A program made the translations under genes and the position numbers. Shown piece after piece: positions 1 to 13,015 of a DNA stretch of 64,000 nt; position 1 is the first letter of the stretch; every line of letters begins with the position of its first letter. The notes below the pieces were generated by a model, which did no database searches, was not told where the DNA came from, and saw only the letters and a list, made by a program, of their open reading frames with translations. The DNA is taken from positions 2,544,001 to 2,608,000 of the forward strand of contig CM075996.1 of NCBI GenBank assembly GCA_038087875.1, written 5' to 3'. This DNA comes from Malacoraja senta. Its lineage: Eukaryota.

Positions 1-1632
1 GATGGCAGGAACGGGGTACTAATTGTGGATGATCAGCCATTTTCACATTGAATGGCGTTGCTGGCTCGAAGGGCCGAATGGCCTACTCCTGCACCTATTG
101 TCTATTGATGTGCCAAATAGCCTAATTCTGCTCCTAGAAGTTATGAACATGTCTACAGTTTAATTCATTGTCACGTGTACCGAGGTACAGTGAAAAGCTC
201 TTGTTGCGTGCTATCCAGTCAGCGGAGAGCCAATGCATGATTACAATCGAGCCATTTACGGTGTACAGATACATGTTAAGGGAATAACGTTTAGTGCAAG
301 GTAAAGCCAGTAAAGTCTGATCAAGGATAGTCTGAGGGTCACCAGTGAGGTAGATAGTAGTTCAGCACTGCTCTCTGGTTGTGGTAGAATGGTTCAGCTG
401 CTTGATAACATGATAGAAGGAATAACGTTGGGTGCAAGGTAACGTCCACACTGATCAATGCAAGGGTATATTTCCTCAGCTGCATCGTAGGCCCTCCCCC
501 TCCCCCTAACCCTCCCCTTGGTCATGACTGACCATGGGTGATGCATCCTAGTTGTTGGCTGCTTGCTCCAAACCTCGGCTGGAGCAGCCTCGCTTGTGGC
601 TGAAGAGACCAATGCAGTTGCTTGTGGCAGAAGAGACTCAGCTGCAAGTGCTTTGTAAATGATCACTGCATGACTGCAAGCCCTGGATGATGAAAGGCTT
701 CAGGTCGTTCAACCACAGAGGCTTTCGTTAAGCTTTGATGATGTCTCCATAGCAATCAAGAGGATCAAAGTCATTTGTCTCCTATCCTCATTAACCAAGA
801 AGTAGTTTTCAATTTAGTTCCAGCATCTACATTGAAACTGCAGCAGAAGCTTAATTAGTTACTGGGGGCAGGTTGGTGCGTTGATTCATCAGCGAGGGTG
901 ATGTGGTCTGAAATCAATTAGCAAGTGTTAGCGTTTATCCAAGTAATAAACAGCAGCCTCACTGCTTCATTAAAAGACTTTTGCAAAGTAATACTGGAGT
1001 GCAGGAACGATCTGCTTTACAACAGAGCACAAAGTGCTGGAGTAACTAAACGGGCCAGGCAGCATCTCTGGCCAATCTGAAACATCACCTATCCATGTTC
1101 TCCAGAGATGCTGCCTGACCCGCTGAGTTTACAGAGTTTCGTTGAGAGACACAGTGTGGAAACAGGCCCTTCGGCCCACCGAGTCCACGCCTAACATCGT
1201 TCACCCATACACAAGTTGTTTGTTACCCCATCCTACCCGCTAGGGCCAATTAACCTACTCTGAGTTACTCCAGCACTTTGTGTCTCAACTAATTAAGATA
1301 ATCCATTCACTCAATATTACCTTTATTTTGCATATTATAACTGGAATTTGCCAGCCAATGCGACAAGTTCCGAATCCCTCCCCCACTTTTTTCCTCTTGC
1401 TGTCGCTGAAAACCTATTCCCAACAGTCGCCCATCCACGTTCTCCAGAGATGCTGCCTGACCCGCTGATTTACTCTGAGACCCTCTTGATGTCAGGGATT
1501 GATGGGTGTCAGGGGTTACGGGGAGAAGGCAGGAGAATGGGGTTTGGGAGGGAGAGATAGATCAGATCATGATTGAATGGCGGAGTAGACTTGATGGGCC
1601 GAGTGGCCCAATTCTACTCCTATTCCTTATGA

Positions 1633-1930
1633 CAATAGACAATAGGTGCAGGAGTAGGCCATTTGGCCCTTCGAGCCAGCACCGCCATTCAATGTGATCA
1701 TGGCTGATCATCCCCAATCAGTACCCCGTTCCTGCCTTCTCCCCATATCCCCTGACTCCGCTATCTTTAAGAGCCCTATCTAGCTCTCTCTTGAAAGTAT
1801 CCAGAGAACCGGCCTCCACCGCCCTCTGAGGCAGAGAATTCCACAGACTCACCACTCTCTGTGAGAAAAAGTGTTTCCTCGTCTCCATTCTAAATGGCTT
1901 ACTCCTTATTCTTAAACTGTGGCCCCTGTG
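1633..1930 (-). mobile_element. CR1 3' fragment
   Basis: Reverse complement of the CR1 3' UTR and (ctattgt)n tail. Confidence 0.85.
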
Positions 1931-2019
1931 CTCCTATGAACTCTTTTGTGTCCTTCCGTGTGTTAACTAGCATCTGCAGTTGCTTTTTTTTCAACGGTTT
2001 TCTCCGTTTTGCTTCTCAG

Positions 2020-2153
2020 CCAAACACCAGTCTGTTTGAGGAGTGTTGGAAGGAGCGGATAAGGCCGTTCAATGACGACGAAGGCTCCGACGAGGATGAA
2101 GTGTGGCAGGAAAAGGACCTGCACTTCGCCGCAGATGCCCAGCGCGTTCCCAG
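2020..2153 (+). CDS. PPP6R3: PPP6R/SAPS-family (PPP6R3-like) internal coding exon A
   Basis: ttctcag| acceptor, |gtatgg donor. Encodes PNTSLFEECWKERIRPFNDDEGSDEDEVWQEKDLHFAADAQRVPR, resembling PPP6R3 [32 protein letters not shown]. Paralog assignment uncertain. Confidence 0.85.
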
Positions 2154-3354
2154 GTATGGTGGGGGAGTTTGTCAGCCCGAGCTAGAGTCGTCCAGCGTGG
2201 AAACTTCGCCCCAATTTGCCCAAGCCGACCAACATGCCCCATCTACACTTGTCCCACCTGTCTGCTTCTGGCCCAGATCCCACTAAACCTACCTTATCTA
2301 TGTACCTGTAAAGAAGTTGGGATAGTACCTGCCTCAACTACCTCCTCTGGAAGCTCGTTCCATACACCCACCTCCCTCAGTTTTCCCATTAAATCTCTTC
2401 CCCCCTCCCCCCCTCACCTTAAACCTATGTGCTCTGGTTCTTTATCCCTAGCTCTCTCACCTTCCTTTTCTGAGCCATTCTATGAGCTCCAACGACCATT
2501 CTGTAAACACACAAAGCCGCCTGTACAAGCTTAGGCTCAGAGGTTGTCCATTTGACAAGCCTGATATTCCCTCATTCACAGTCTGTTGGGGCATCGAGTG
2601 TAAGAGTCAGCAAGTCGTGATGCGGCTGTGTAAGACTTTTGGTTGAACACATACAACAACACAGCACAGGAACGGGCCCTTCGACCCACAATGTTTGTAC
2701 CAAACCTGATTTAACTCTACATCCCCTTCCCAGTTCTCCCACTAGTCTTACTGTCTCTGATTACATTCTATCTCTGTACCGCCCCCTCCCCTGACATCAG
2801 TCTGAAGAAGGGCCTCGACCCGAAACATCGGCCATTCCTTCTCTCCAGAGATGCTGCCTGACCCGCTGAGAAAGGGGCAAAGTTTTTAACACAGTCCTGG
2901 AAAGCTCTGAAGTACAGGTCAAGATGGATACAGTAGTGGCATTTACTGTTTTACTGTTCTTTTTTTATAAATCATGTTTCTCGGGGTATCTAAATTTTAG
3001 TTGTTTAAGTTATTACATCGGATGGAAGCTGCGTACCAAATCTCGTTGCACCTATGTGCAATGACAATAAAATATATTATTATTATTATTATTTGAGAGA
3101 CTTTTAGAAGAGACATGGATATGGAGGGATATGGATCACGTGCAGGCAGAGGGAATTGGTTTAATTTAGCAACGTGTTTGGCACAGACATTGTGGGCTGA
3201 GAGGCCTGTCCCTGTGCTGTGCTGTTCAATCATGGCAGGTGACGACCGGGCAAGTGACATCTTAGCTGAGACCACCGTCGCTGGTTGAAGCACTGACCTG
3301 TCCAGCATTTCATTTTACTTCTGCCAGAATCAGAGAAACATAATGTTGTTGCAG

Positions 3355-3473
3355 GAGTTCAGGGAGTACGGACAGTGAAGGAAGCAGAGACTCCGAAGAG
3401 GACGAAGATGAAGAAGGGGTACAGACTGCTATAAAGCCCACGGACTCCAGGATGGAAATAGACCCAAACAAAG
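3355..3473 (+). CDS. PPP6R3: PPP6R3-like coding exon B
   Basis: ttgcag| ... |gtacat, phase 2->1. Encodes SSGSTDSEGSRDSEEDEDEE...SRMEIDPNK (cf. SSGSTDSEESTDSEEED...KMEVD). Confidence 0.85.
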
Positions 3474-4112
3474 GTACATGAATAATGGGGCTTGTGGCCG
3501 ATTTACAATACATTACATTTTATACAATACGATTTACAATACAATACTTTTGCGCTGGTATTTTATTTCATTCATGTTTAAACTATAATGTTTTATTATT
3601 AATGTTTTATGTGTCATTCTTAATTGTTACTGTATATCGTGTTGTTACCTGCGAGCGGAGCACCAAGGCAAATTCCTTGTATGTGAACATACTTGGCCAA
3701 TAAACCATTTCATTCATCCATTCAATCATACTTTATTAGCCAAGTATGTTTTGCAACATACGAGGAATTTCATTTGCCAAGTCAGTCATACTAATAGAAA
3801 GCAACAGATCACCCAAAATACATTTGAACATAAACATCCACTACAGTGACTCCTCACTGTGATGGAAGGCGGAAAAAAAAGTTCAATCTCTTCCCTTTGT
3901 TCTCCCGCAGTCAGAGGTCTCGAGCCTTCCGTTGACGGGGCGATCTTACTCCCGTAGCCGGCGGTTGGGCCCACCGCGTCGGGGGGGGGGGGGGGGGATC
4001 TCAGCTCCCTCACGCCTGGTCAGGGCTGGTCAAACCTTCTGCGTCGCTGGAGCTCCCGACTTGGTCTCTCCCGAGACTGAGCCCTTGATGTTATACTGGA
4101 GCATGACATTGG

Positions 4113-4612
4113 CTATAGATACATAGAAAATAGGTGCAGGAGTAGGCCATTCGGCCCTTCGAGCCAGCACCACCATTCAATATGATCATGGCTGATCATC
4201 CAACTCAGTATCCTGTACCTGCCTTCTCCCCATATCCCCTGATCCCCTTTAGCCACAAGGGCCACATCTAACTCCCTCTTAAATATAGCCAATGAACTGG
4301 CCTCAACTACTTTCTGTGGCAGATAATTCCACAGATTCACCACTCTCTGTGTGAAAAATGTTTTTCTCATCTCGGTCCTAAAAGACATCCCCCTTATCCT
4401 TAAACTGTGACCCCGTGTTCTGGACTTCCCCAACATTGGAAATAATCTTCCTGCATCTAGCCTGTCCAACACCTTAAGAATTTTGTACGTTTCTATAAGA
4501 TCCCCCGTCAATCTTCTAAATTCCAGCGAGTACAAGCTGAGTCTATCCAGTCTTTCTTCATATGAAAGTCCTGCCATCCCAGGAATCAGTCTGGTGAACC
4601 TTCTCTGTACTC
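4113..4612 (-). mobile_element. CR1 3' fragment
   Basis: [25 protein letters not shown]...VVNLWN plus tail. Confidence 0.9.
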
Positions 4613-4957
4613 TGTTCTCTGTCATGGAACCAAGCTTGGGATATTCTAAAGATAGATACAACAAGCTGGAGTACCTCAGCAGCTCAGACTGCATCTCTGC
4701 AGAGAAGGAATAGCTGATGTTTCAGGTCGAAACCAAACATCCCCTATCCCTTTTCTCCAGAGATGCTGTCTGTCCCGTTGATTTGATCCAGCTTCTTGTG
4801 TCTACGGCTGAAACCAGCGTCTGGAGTTCCTTCCTACACTGGGAGTTCCTTCCTACACTGGGCACTGCTTATAATTCGGGGATTCCTATCTAATGTTACC
4901 AGTGTTACCAAATACCTATCTAATGTGTTACCAGTAACGTGTTGGTTTGATCTTCAG

Positions 4958-5120
4958 AAGCTGGGTGGACAGCCAACTTCGATGCACCTTTGACTAACAG
5001 TGGTGGGAGCCAGGGAGCAGTGGACGGTGGCTTCAGTGCGTGGGACAGCCCGGAACCCACAACCTCCCTGCCTCCCATAGAAGGATGGGCGGTGTTTGCC
5101 AGTTTTGCCTCTCAGGCCGG
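4958..5120 (+). CDS. PPP6R3: PPP6R3-like coding exon C
   Basis: cttcag| ... |gtaagt, phase 1->2. Encodes AGWTANFDAP...SAWDSPEP...EGWAVFASF, containing the family WxAxFD and GWAxF motifs. Confidence 0.85.
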
Positions 5121-6599
5121 GTAAGTGTTGCAACTCCACAAGGAAAGCATTTCCCCCCCCCCCCCCCCCTTCTCTTCTCCATTCCTTCCCCCAGTGGTTT
5201 TGTTTCATGTGTCTGCTCAGACCGCAGCATTGTTCCGATTGACCGAGAAGGTTCTTCCAGGAATGATTGGGTTAACATGCGATGAGCATTTGACGGCACT
5301 GGGCCTGTCTGTACTCGCTGGTGTTCCGAAGGATGGGGTGGGGGGGGGGGCCTCATTGAATCCTGCCAAATAGTGAAAGGCCTGGATAGAATGAATGTGG
5401 AGAGGATGTTTCCCCTGGTGGGAGAGTCTAAAACCAAAGGCCATAGCCTCTTAATTAAAGGACGTGCCTTTGGAAAGGAGATGAGGAGTTTCTTTCGCCA
5501 GAGGTTGGTGAATCTGTGGAATTCATTGCCACAGCACTGTGGAGTGTTAATGGATGTTCTTTAAGGCAGAGACTGAAACATTCTTAATTAGTTCGGGTGT
5601 CAGGGGTTACGGGGAGAATGGGGTTGAGAGGGGAAAATAGATCAGCCATGATTGAATGGTGGAGTAGACTTGATGGGCCGAATGGCCTAATTGTGCTCCT
5701 ATCACTTATGAAGGTTATTACAACAGTGGCAACTCCTGTCCTGTGTTTGTGTTTTAGTGGGGTTAAATTTATGCGCAACTATTGATTCTTTCATCAGCTG
5801 CAAATATTAGTACACCCGGCACTGACTAAAAACACATTCCAATGTCGTCACACTTTAAACTTGTAGCTATGCTTCCAGGAAGAACATATTCCTGTGTGAG
5901 CATGAGATGGCACATTTCATCGTACAGTTTAAAGTGACTGGGTTGAACTCCTGACCTAAGCTCCAACACAAACACTATCTGCTTCCACTCCTAACATGAC
6001 TGCCATACATTCACCACAGCTGTTTTACAATAATCCACCAGTTTTGATTTCACACTGGCACTGCCCCTTAAGGGCCTGTCCCACTTACCCGATTTTTTTC
6101 GGCGACTTGCCGGCACCCGTCATAGTCGCAGCAGGTTGCCGAAAATTTTCAACATGTTGAAAATCCAGCGGCGAATAGGAAAAGGTACGATTCTCTGGGC
6201 GACTACTCACCACCAAACAGGCGTCACCACGCGACTGCTCCAGTCTCCTCTCGTACAGGTTTGTTGGCTAATTGGCTCGGTGAAATTGTTCTTACTGTGT
6301 GTGTGTTGGATAGAACTAGTCTGGTCGGCGCGGACTCGGTGGGCCGAAGGGCCTGTTTCCGCGCTGTTTCTCTAAACTAAAGTAAAAGATTGTGGTTCGA
6401 CCTTGATAGTCTAAAGCCCGCCAGAATGACTATCCATTTTCATTTACAACATCTGCCGCTTTTTGTATTTTTGGGAATGTTTATACAGACAAACAGAGGC
6501 AGAACAGAGTAGCAGCGGGAGTGTCTATTGGTTCTGCTGGGAAGAAGCGCGAGTGGAACCCATCCAAGCTTCAGTTAATTGGAATTAAATTTCTTCCAG

Positions 6600-6709
6600 C
6601 CCCTCTGGACGTTTGCGAACAAACTCTCCTGTGTCTATGGAAACAAACTCCGCTCCAGCCGATGAGCTCCAGAGTAGTGGTGACGGACATAGCAAAGCGT
6701 CAGAAGAAA
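6600..6709 (+). CDS. PPP6R3: PPP6R3-like coding exon D
   Basis: ttccag| ... |gtgagt, phase 2->1. Encodes PSGRLRTNSPVSMETNSAPADE (cf. LRSNSPVEMETSTEPMD). Confidence 0.85.
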
Positions 6710-6781
6710 GTGAGTATCAACAGGACATCTTCATCATTTCGGGATTACCGAGAGTTTTCATGCTGGTTTCTTGTTCCGAAA

Positions 6782-7098
6782 GGGCCTGTCCCACTTACGC
6801 GATTTTTTTTTGGCGCCTGCCGGCACCCGTCACAGTCGCGGCAGGTCTCCGAAAATGTTCAACGTGTTGAAAATCCAGCACCGACCAGAAAAATGTACGA
6901 CAATTTGGGCGGCTACTCACGACCATACAGGCATCACGTGTGGATATGTCGCCTGTATGGTCGTGAGTAGTCGCCCAAAGAGTCGTACATTTTTCTGGTC
7001 GCTAATGGGTTTTCAACACGTCGAAGATTTTCAGAGACCTGCCGCGACTATGTCAGGTGCCGGCAGTCGCCGAAAAAATCGCGTAAATGGGACGGGCC
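6782..7098. mobile_element. Same MITE family, full copy (partial copies at 6071-6240 and about 31150-31379)
   Basis: gggcctgtcccacttacgcgattttt ... aaaaatcgcgtaaatgggacgggccc. Confidence 0.85.
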
Positions 7099-8035
7099 CT
7101 CTAATATTCCAAGGAATTAGCGATGTGCCTCAACTGGAGTTTTTCTTCCTTTCTGATTAAATTGAATTTTAAATTGGGTTACTCAAAGGTGAACGATTGA
7201 CACTGATTTATTTTTGTGCCTGAAGCCTATTTTTAGCAGCTTGAATAAAATGTACTATTTTTAAATGAGAATTTATTACCTAATTCAATGGTGCTTTCAT
7301 TGTCACGCGTGCAAACGCACAGTGAAATTCTTTTCCTACACACAGTCTTGTACAGTATTCCCATACATTAGCACATCCTTGATTAGCAAGTGTACAGAAA
7401 TAGTCCGCTGAGCCCGCGTGCAAGAGGCGCCATGTTATTGGGATTGATGTAACCAGAAGCTTGGAACTAACATACCTGTCAGTGGAAAAGGCCCCACCAT
7501 CCAGAACTTTGAGATGAATCACCATGTTCGTGTCCTTGTGTACTTCCTTATGGGCAGAGGCGTCACCTTGGACTATGAGTCCTTTGTGTGACTAATGCGT
7601 GATGCAAAACTACGACCAGGTGGATTGTGCTGACGAGTTCAGTAACTCCCCCTTTGCTGTTGCTCAATCAACCCGCAACTGACAGTTCCCTGGGTCGTAT
7701 CGTCAGAGGTTCAGACCCGGATGCTGAGTCATTTATTGGTTTGAAAGGGGAGTAGGAGGGTACTTGGAGCAGATGCAAAGCTCCGTCCATTCAGTATTGA
7801 AGCTGTGTGTTTACCTCCGGCAATGCTTGTTGCAAAAACAATGAACATTGGTAATCATTGCAAGGTCATTGAACCCACCTTTCCCCCTCCCCTCTGTCTG
7901 AAGAAGGGTCTCGAGCCGAAATGTCACCTCTTCCTTTACTCCAGAGATGCTGTCTGGCCCGCTGAGTTACTCCAGCTTTTTGTGTCCATTTGCACCTAGT
8001 ACCTGCCATTTTGTCCAGCCTCTCCTCTCTTCTAT

Positions 8036-8068
8036 CCACGCACGCACGCACACACTCCCAGAGAGAGA

Positions 8069-8109
<41 letters not shown>

Positions 8110-8340
8110 AGAGAGAGACACACACGCACGCACGCGCGCGCACACACACACACACACACGCGCACACACACACACACCCAGAGAGAGACACACGCACGCA
8201 CAAACGCGCACACACACACACAGACACACACACACAGACACACACACACACACACACACACACCCAGAGAGAGACACACACACACACACACATACAGACA
8301 CACCCAGGCACACACACACCCAGGCACACACACACACACG

Positions 8341-8375
<35 letters not shown>
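8036..8375. repeat. Compound (CA)/(GA)/(CG) microsatellite
   Basis: Seen directly. Confidence 0.95.
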
Positions 8376-8377
<2 letters not shown>

Positions 8378-9606
8378 TGGGTTGTTGATGATTGAGTTTG
8401 ATCTCTCAGCCCCCTCACTGCCCTCTCGCACGTGTGCAGGTGCTGATGCCAAGACCTGGTATCTGTCACTGTCCACAACACTGCGCCATCTGTGACATAG
8501 TAACTCTTTGATTGAGGGAGACAGATATATCTATAACCTTATAACCATGAAGATAATGGACACTAATAATTGAAGCTGGGGCAAGAGTATTATGGCAAAG
8601 GAATAAACAAATGCATCACCTGACTAATTTAAGCCGAGCTGTCTTGGCTCAGGAGATTAAGAGCTTGCCGACACTAACCCAGGAAAATCTACATTTGATT
8701 CACAGTCTGTGCCCAATTATATAATGGTGGTTAGAATAATAAGAGCATGCAAAGATTGCTGTAGACCCGACTGGGCCTGAGAGATGATAAATCGGGCATT
8801 ATTCATAAATGTAATGAGTATACAACGTGCTCTCCCGGGGACATTTCCAAAAGAAGCGCAGTAAAGCTGTGATGCAGTCTGTTCTTGTACAGAGCTGCCA
8901 ACACTCGCTATTCGAGGTACCGACGCCATCCAATGATTCTGGTATCTGACCCCCTCAAGGTGGTGGAGGTTCAGGTGGTGGCGCAGCGGGTAGAGCTGCT
9001 GCCTCACAGCGCCAGAGACCTAGGTTTGATCCTGACTGCGGGTGCTGTCTGTGTGAAGATTGTACCTTCTCCCTGTGTCCGTGTGGGTTTTCTCCGGGTG
9101 GTCCAGATTCAATCGACAATAGGTGCAGGAGTAGGCCATTCGGCCCTTCGAGCCAGCACCGCCATTCAATGTGATCATGGCTGATCATCCCCAATCAGTA
9201 CCCCGTTCCTGCCTTCTCCCCATATCCCCTGACTCCGCTATTTTTAAGAGCCCTATCTAGCTCTCTCTTGAAAGCATCCAGAGAACCTGCCTCCACCGCC
9301 CTCTGAGACAGAGAATTCCACAGACTCACCACTCTTTGTGAGAAAAAGTGTTTCCTCGTCTCTGTTCCTCACGCACACCAAAGATCGTAGGTTAATTGAC
9401 TACAGTAAAATTTAAAAAAAAGATTGTCATTTGTCCCTAGTGTGTGGAATAGTGCTGGGGTACGGGGCGATCGCTGGACGGCGCGGACTCGCTGGGCCGG
9501 AGGGCCTGTTTCCACGCTGTATGTCTCAAGGCGAAAGGGAAGAGTGTTCAAAAGCAAGAGGGCAGCACTGATGTTGTTCAAACTTGTCCCCACATTGACT
9601 GTGCAG

Positions 9607-9790
9607 AGTCTATGGGCGGGCTGAGCAGCGGAGAAGACGCAAAAGTGACAGACGCCACAAAAACGGGTATGACGTCACACACCGACACGGAGAAACCTGC
9701 AGCGGAAAACACGGCGATTCTCAACGGCTCGGTGCCGGAAGCAGTCTTGCCCCCTGAGGTGAACAATGCAGAAACTAAACCACGCACAAG
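9607..9790 (+). CDS. PPP6R3: PPP6R3-like coding exon E
   Basis: gtgcag| ... |gtaatt, phase 1->2. Encodes SMGGLSSGEDAKVTD...AILNGSVPEAV (cf. SSDGEEDA...TVMNGGMKE). Confidence 0.75.
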
Positions 9791-10586
9791 GTAATTGTGA
9801 AATGTTATATTGGGCTAATTGCATTAAACAATGCGAGTTACTGAAATCCATGCATCATAGCTTTAAGGTAGTTATGGACCAAGAAAGTTGAATTCCAAAT
9901 TAGGGCAAGGGCAACTTTAGTGAGTGCAAAAAGTTGAACAAAGGATAGACTTGGAAGAAAAGAGAAAACTACTGGGAAGAAGTTTTGACTATTTGAAAGG
10001 GAATTCTGTGGAATTCATTGGGTATTTTTAAGGCAGATATTGACAGATTCTTGATTAGAAACATAGAACATAGGTGCAGGAATAGGCCATTCGGCCCTTC
10101 GAGCTGGTACCACCATTCAAGATGATCATGGCTGATCATCCAAAATCAGTACCCCGTTCCTGCTTTCTCCCCATATCTCCTCATTCCGTTAGCCCTAAGA
10201 GCTAAATGTAACTCTCTTGAATACATCTTGAGTGCGGGTGTCAGGGGTTATGGGGAGAAGGCAGGAGAATGGGGTTGAGAGGGAGAGATAGATCAGCCAT
10301 GATTTGAATGGCGGAGTGGACTTGATGGGGCGAATGGCCTAATTCTGCTCCGAGAACCCGTGGACCTATGGAAGAGGCAGGTTCCACTGGAACACTTCCA
10401 ATTGAAACATTCACCGTGCAATGTTGTTTTGCTTTTAGCTGTTCAAGCACTTACTCTGCACTTGTTATATTTTATTATTAATCACTATTGAACAAATGTC
10501 ACAATTATTTGGTTTCCGAAAAAGGGATTAGGAAGATGACATTCCCGTTCCTTAGTGAAGCTCACTTGTCTAAATCTCTTGTGCAG

Positions 10587-10712
10587 TGAGGAAGAACTCT
10601 TAACTACCTCCGAAGATGGACCTACTGCAGGAAATGTACGGGACAGCTGTGAGGCCTCCAAAGCTAATCCAGTTGCCCCCCAAGCTTCAGAATGTGAACG
10701 GCACGAACAGAG
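10587..10712 (+). CDS. PPP6R3: PPP6R3-like coding exon F
   Basis: gtgcag| ... |gtatga, phase 2->2. Encodes SEEELLTTSEDG...ERHEQ (cf. SEEGKLSTSQD...SPEQR). Confidence 0.75.
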
Positions 10713-10950
10713 GTATGAACTTAGTACATCAGGGGGAAAGAACTCGGGAGAAGTCAGCAAGCTTGTATTAGAGGCGGGCGTTATCTACTCGATTATTACT
10801 TATTATGCACACTGAGTCCCGGGACTGTTGAGTTGAGGTTTTCACAGTGGCGCAGCGGTAGAGTTGCTGCCGTACAGCACCAGAGACCTGGGTTCGATCC
10901 TGACCACGGGTGCTGCTTGTGTGGATTTTGTACATTCTCCCCGTGACCAA

Positions 10951-11320
10951 AGATTGTTAAGGGCTTGGACACGCTAGAGGCAGGAAACATGTTCCCGATG
11001 TTGGGGGAGTCCAGAACCAGGGGCCACAGTTTAAGAATAAGGAGTAAGCTATTTAGAACGGAGACGAGGAAACACTTTTTCTCACAGAGAGGGGTGAGTC
11101 TGTGGAATTCTCTGCCTCAGAGGGCGGTGGAGGCAGGTTCTCTGGATGCTTTCAAGAGAGAGCTAGATAGGGCTCTTAAAAATAACGGAGTCAGGGGATA
11201 TGGGGAGAAGGCAGGAACGGGGTACTGATTGGGGATGATCAGCCGTGATCACATTGAATGGCGGTGCTGACTCGAAAGGCCAAATGGTCTACTCCTGCAC
11301 CTATTGTCTATTGTCTATTG
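10951..11320 (+). mobile_element. CR1 3' fragment inserted into an HE1-like SINE (SINE about 10845-11506)
   Basis: ESRTRGHSLRI...LWNSLPQRAVEA plus tail; the SINE is split at ...ccgtgacca / gaccacgt... Confidence 0.85.
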
Positions 11321-12614
11321 ACCACGTAGATTTTCACCGGGTGCTCCGGTTTCTTCCCGCCACACTCCGAAGATGTGCAGGTTTGTAGGTTAATTGGCTT
11401 CTTCAAATTGTCCCTAGTGTGTAGGATAGTATTCATGTAGTATTCATGTACGCTGGTCGGCGCGGACTTGGTGGGCCAAATGCCTGTTTCCGCGCTGTAA
11501 TCTAAATGAGTTACTAACAATCTTCTATTAGGATACGAGTAAAAGTTTTTGAATATTTGGTTGTGGGGAAGTTCTGGGAATCCATTTGTTCCGAATGCGG
11601 TTTGCAATTGTCCAGCAATGCATAGGTTAATCAGGTTGATGCCAACACTGATTAAGGTCATGTTTAATTCATTTTAAAACTTCTTTCTGGAGAGGTAATT
11701 GGATGTCAGACTATTACAGAGGATGTATACAAGATTTCCTGATGGTATTTGATACAGTGTCACGTGAGAGTTAGAAAAATTCAGCCATGGTGTGATACAA
11801 TGCAGCGGCACTAATAGAAAGTGACCCTGACTTCCTAACGCAGAAATATGTCTGGTAATGCCGTTCATAACTGGAGAAAGGTTAGACCAGGTACACTGTT
11901 GGTGTAAGTATTAGGTCAGTTTGAATGTCTTGTATGTAAGAATCATTTGGAACTGGGCTAAGAAACTATAAATGAACTCACAATAAGAAAAATGGTAGGA
12001 AAGGCCTGAAATTCTGTAGCTAAGTTGACTGGAAAGTTTAAAATGCATTAGTTCACTGTTTTGGTTAAATCTAAGTATTTTCTTCTGTTGGAGAATCAGT
12101 GGCAAAAGATTTGTACGGTAATGTCAACACAGAGCAAGGAGTTCAGTTATACTTCGCACGTGGCATTGGGGGATGTTTTATCAAAGGAAGTGGCTGAGGT
12201 AGTTATTTGGAGAAAATTGGATAAATGAGTTTGAGCCCCACCTAAGAGATTTGTGCACAAAATCTACGCTTACATTTCAGTGTTGCACTGGGAGACACCA
12301 AGGTCCCATCTAATTATGTAGGAGTCAACTGCAGATGCTGGTTCAAACCGAAGATAGGCACAAATAAGGTGTCAGTAACTCAGCATCTCTGGACAAAAGG
12401 AAAATGTGACGTTTTGGTTCAATAGACGATAGGTGCAGGAGTAGACCATTCGAGCCAGCACCGCCATTCAATGTGATCATGGCTGATCATCGCGTACACG
12501 AATACTATCCTACACACTAGGGACAATTTGCAGAAGCCAATTAACCTACAAACCTGCACGTCTTCGGAGTGTGGCGGGAGGAAACCGGAGCACCCGGTGA
12601 AAATCTACGTGGTC

Positions 12615-13015
12615 AATAGACAATAGGTGCAGGAGTAGACCATTTGGCCCTTCGAGCCAGCACCGCCATGCAATGTCATCATGGCTGATCATCCCCAATC
12701 AGTACCCCGTTCCTGCCTTCTCCCCATATCCCCTGACTCTGTTATCTTTAAGAGCCCTATCTAGCTCTCTCTTGAAAGTATCCAGAGAACCGCCCTCTGA
12801 GGCAGAGAATTCCACAGACTCACAACGCTCTGCGTGAAAAAGCGTTTCCTCGTCTCCGTTCTAAATGGCTTACCCCTTATTCTTAAACTATGGCCCCTGG
12901 TTCAGGACTCCCCCAACATCGGGAACATGTTTCCTGCCTCTAGCGTGTCCAAACCCTTAATAATCTTATATGTTTCAATAAGATCCCCTCTCATTCTTCT
13001 AAACTCCAGAGTATA
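12615..13015 (-). mobile_element. CR1 3' fragment
   Basis: LYTLEFRRMRGDLIETYKII... plus 3' UTR. Confidence 0.85.

Noticed and set aside
394..1010. Unique sequence and 90-aa minus ORF as another exon or gene
   Set aside because: No recognisable PPP6R or other protein similarity and no convincing splice-site pair.
7866..8495. VC/HT-rich ORFs (also 19326-20023, 27170-27573, 52163-53153)
   Set aside because: Dinucleotide-repeat artefacts.
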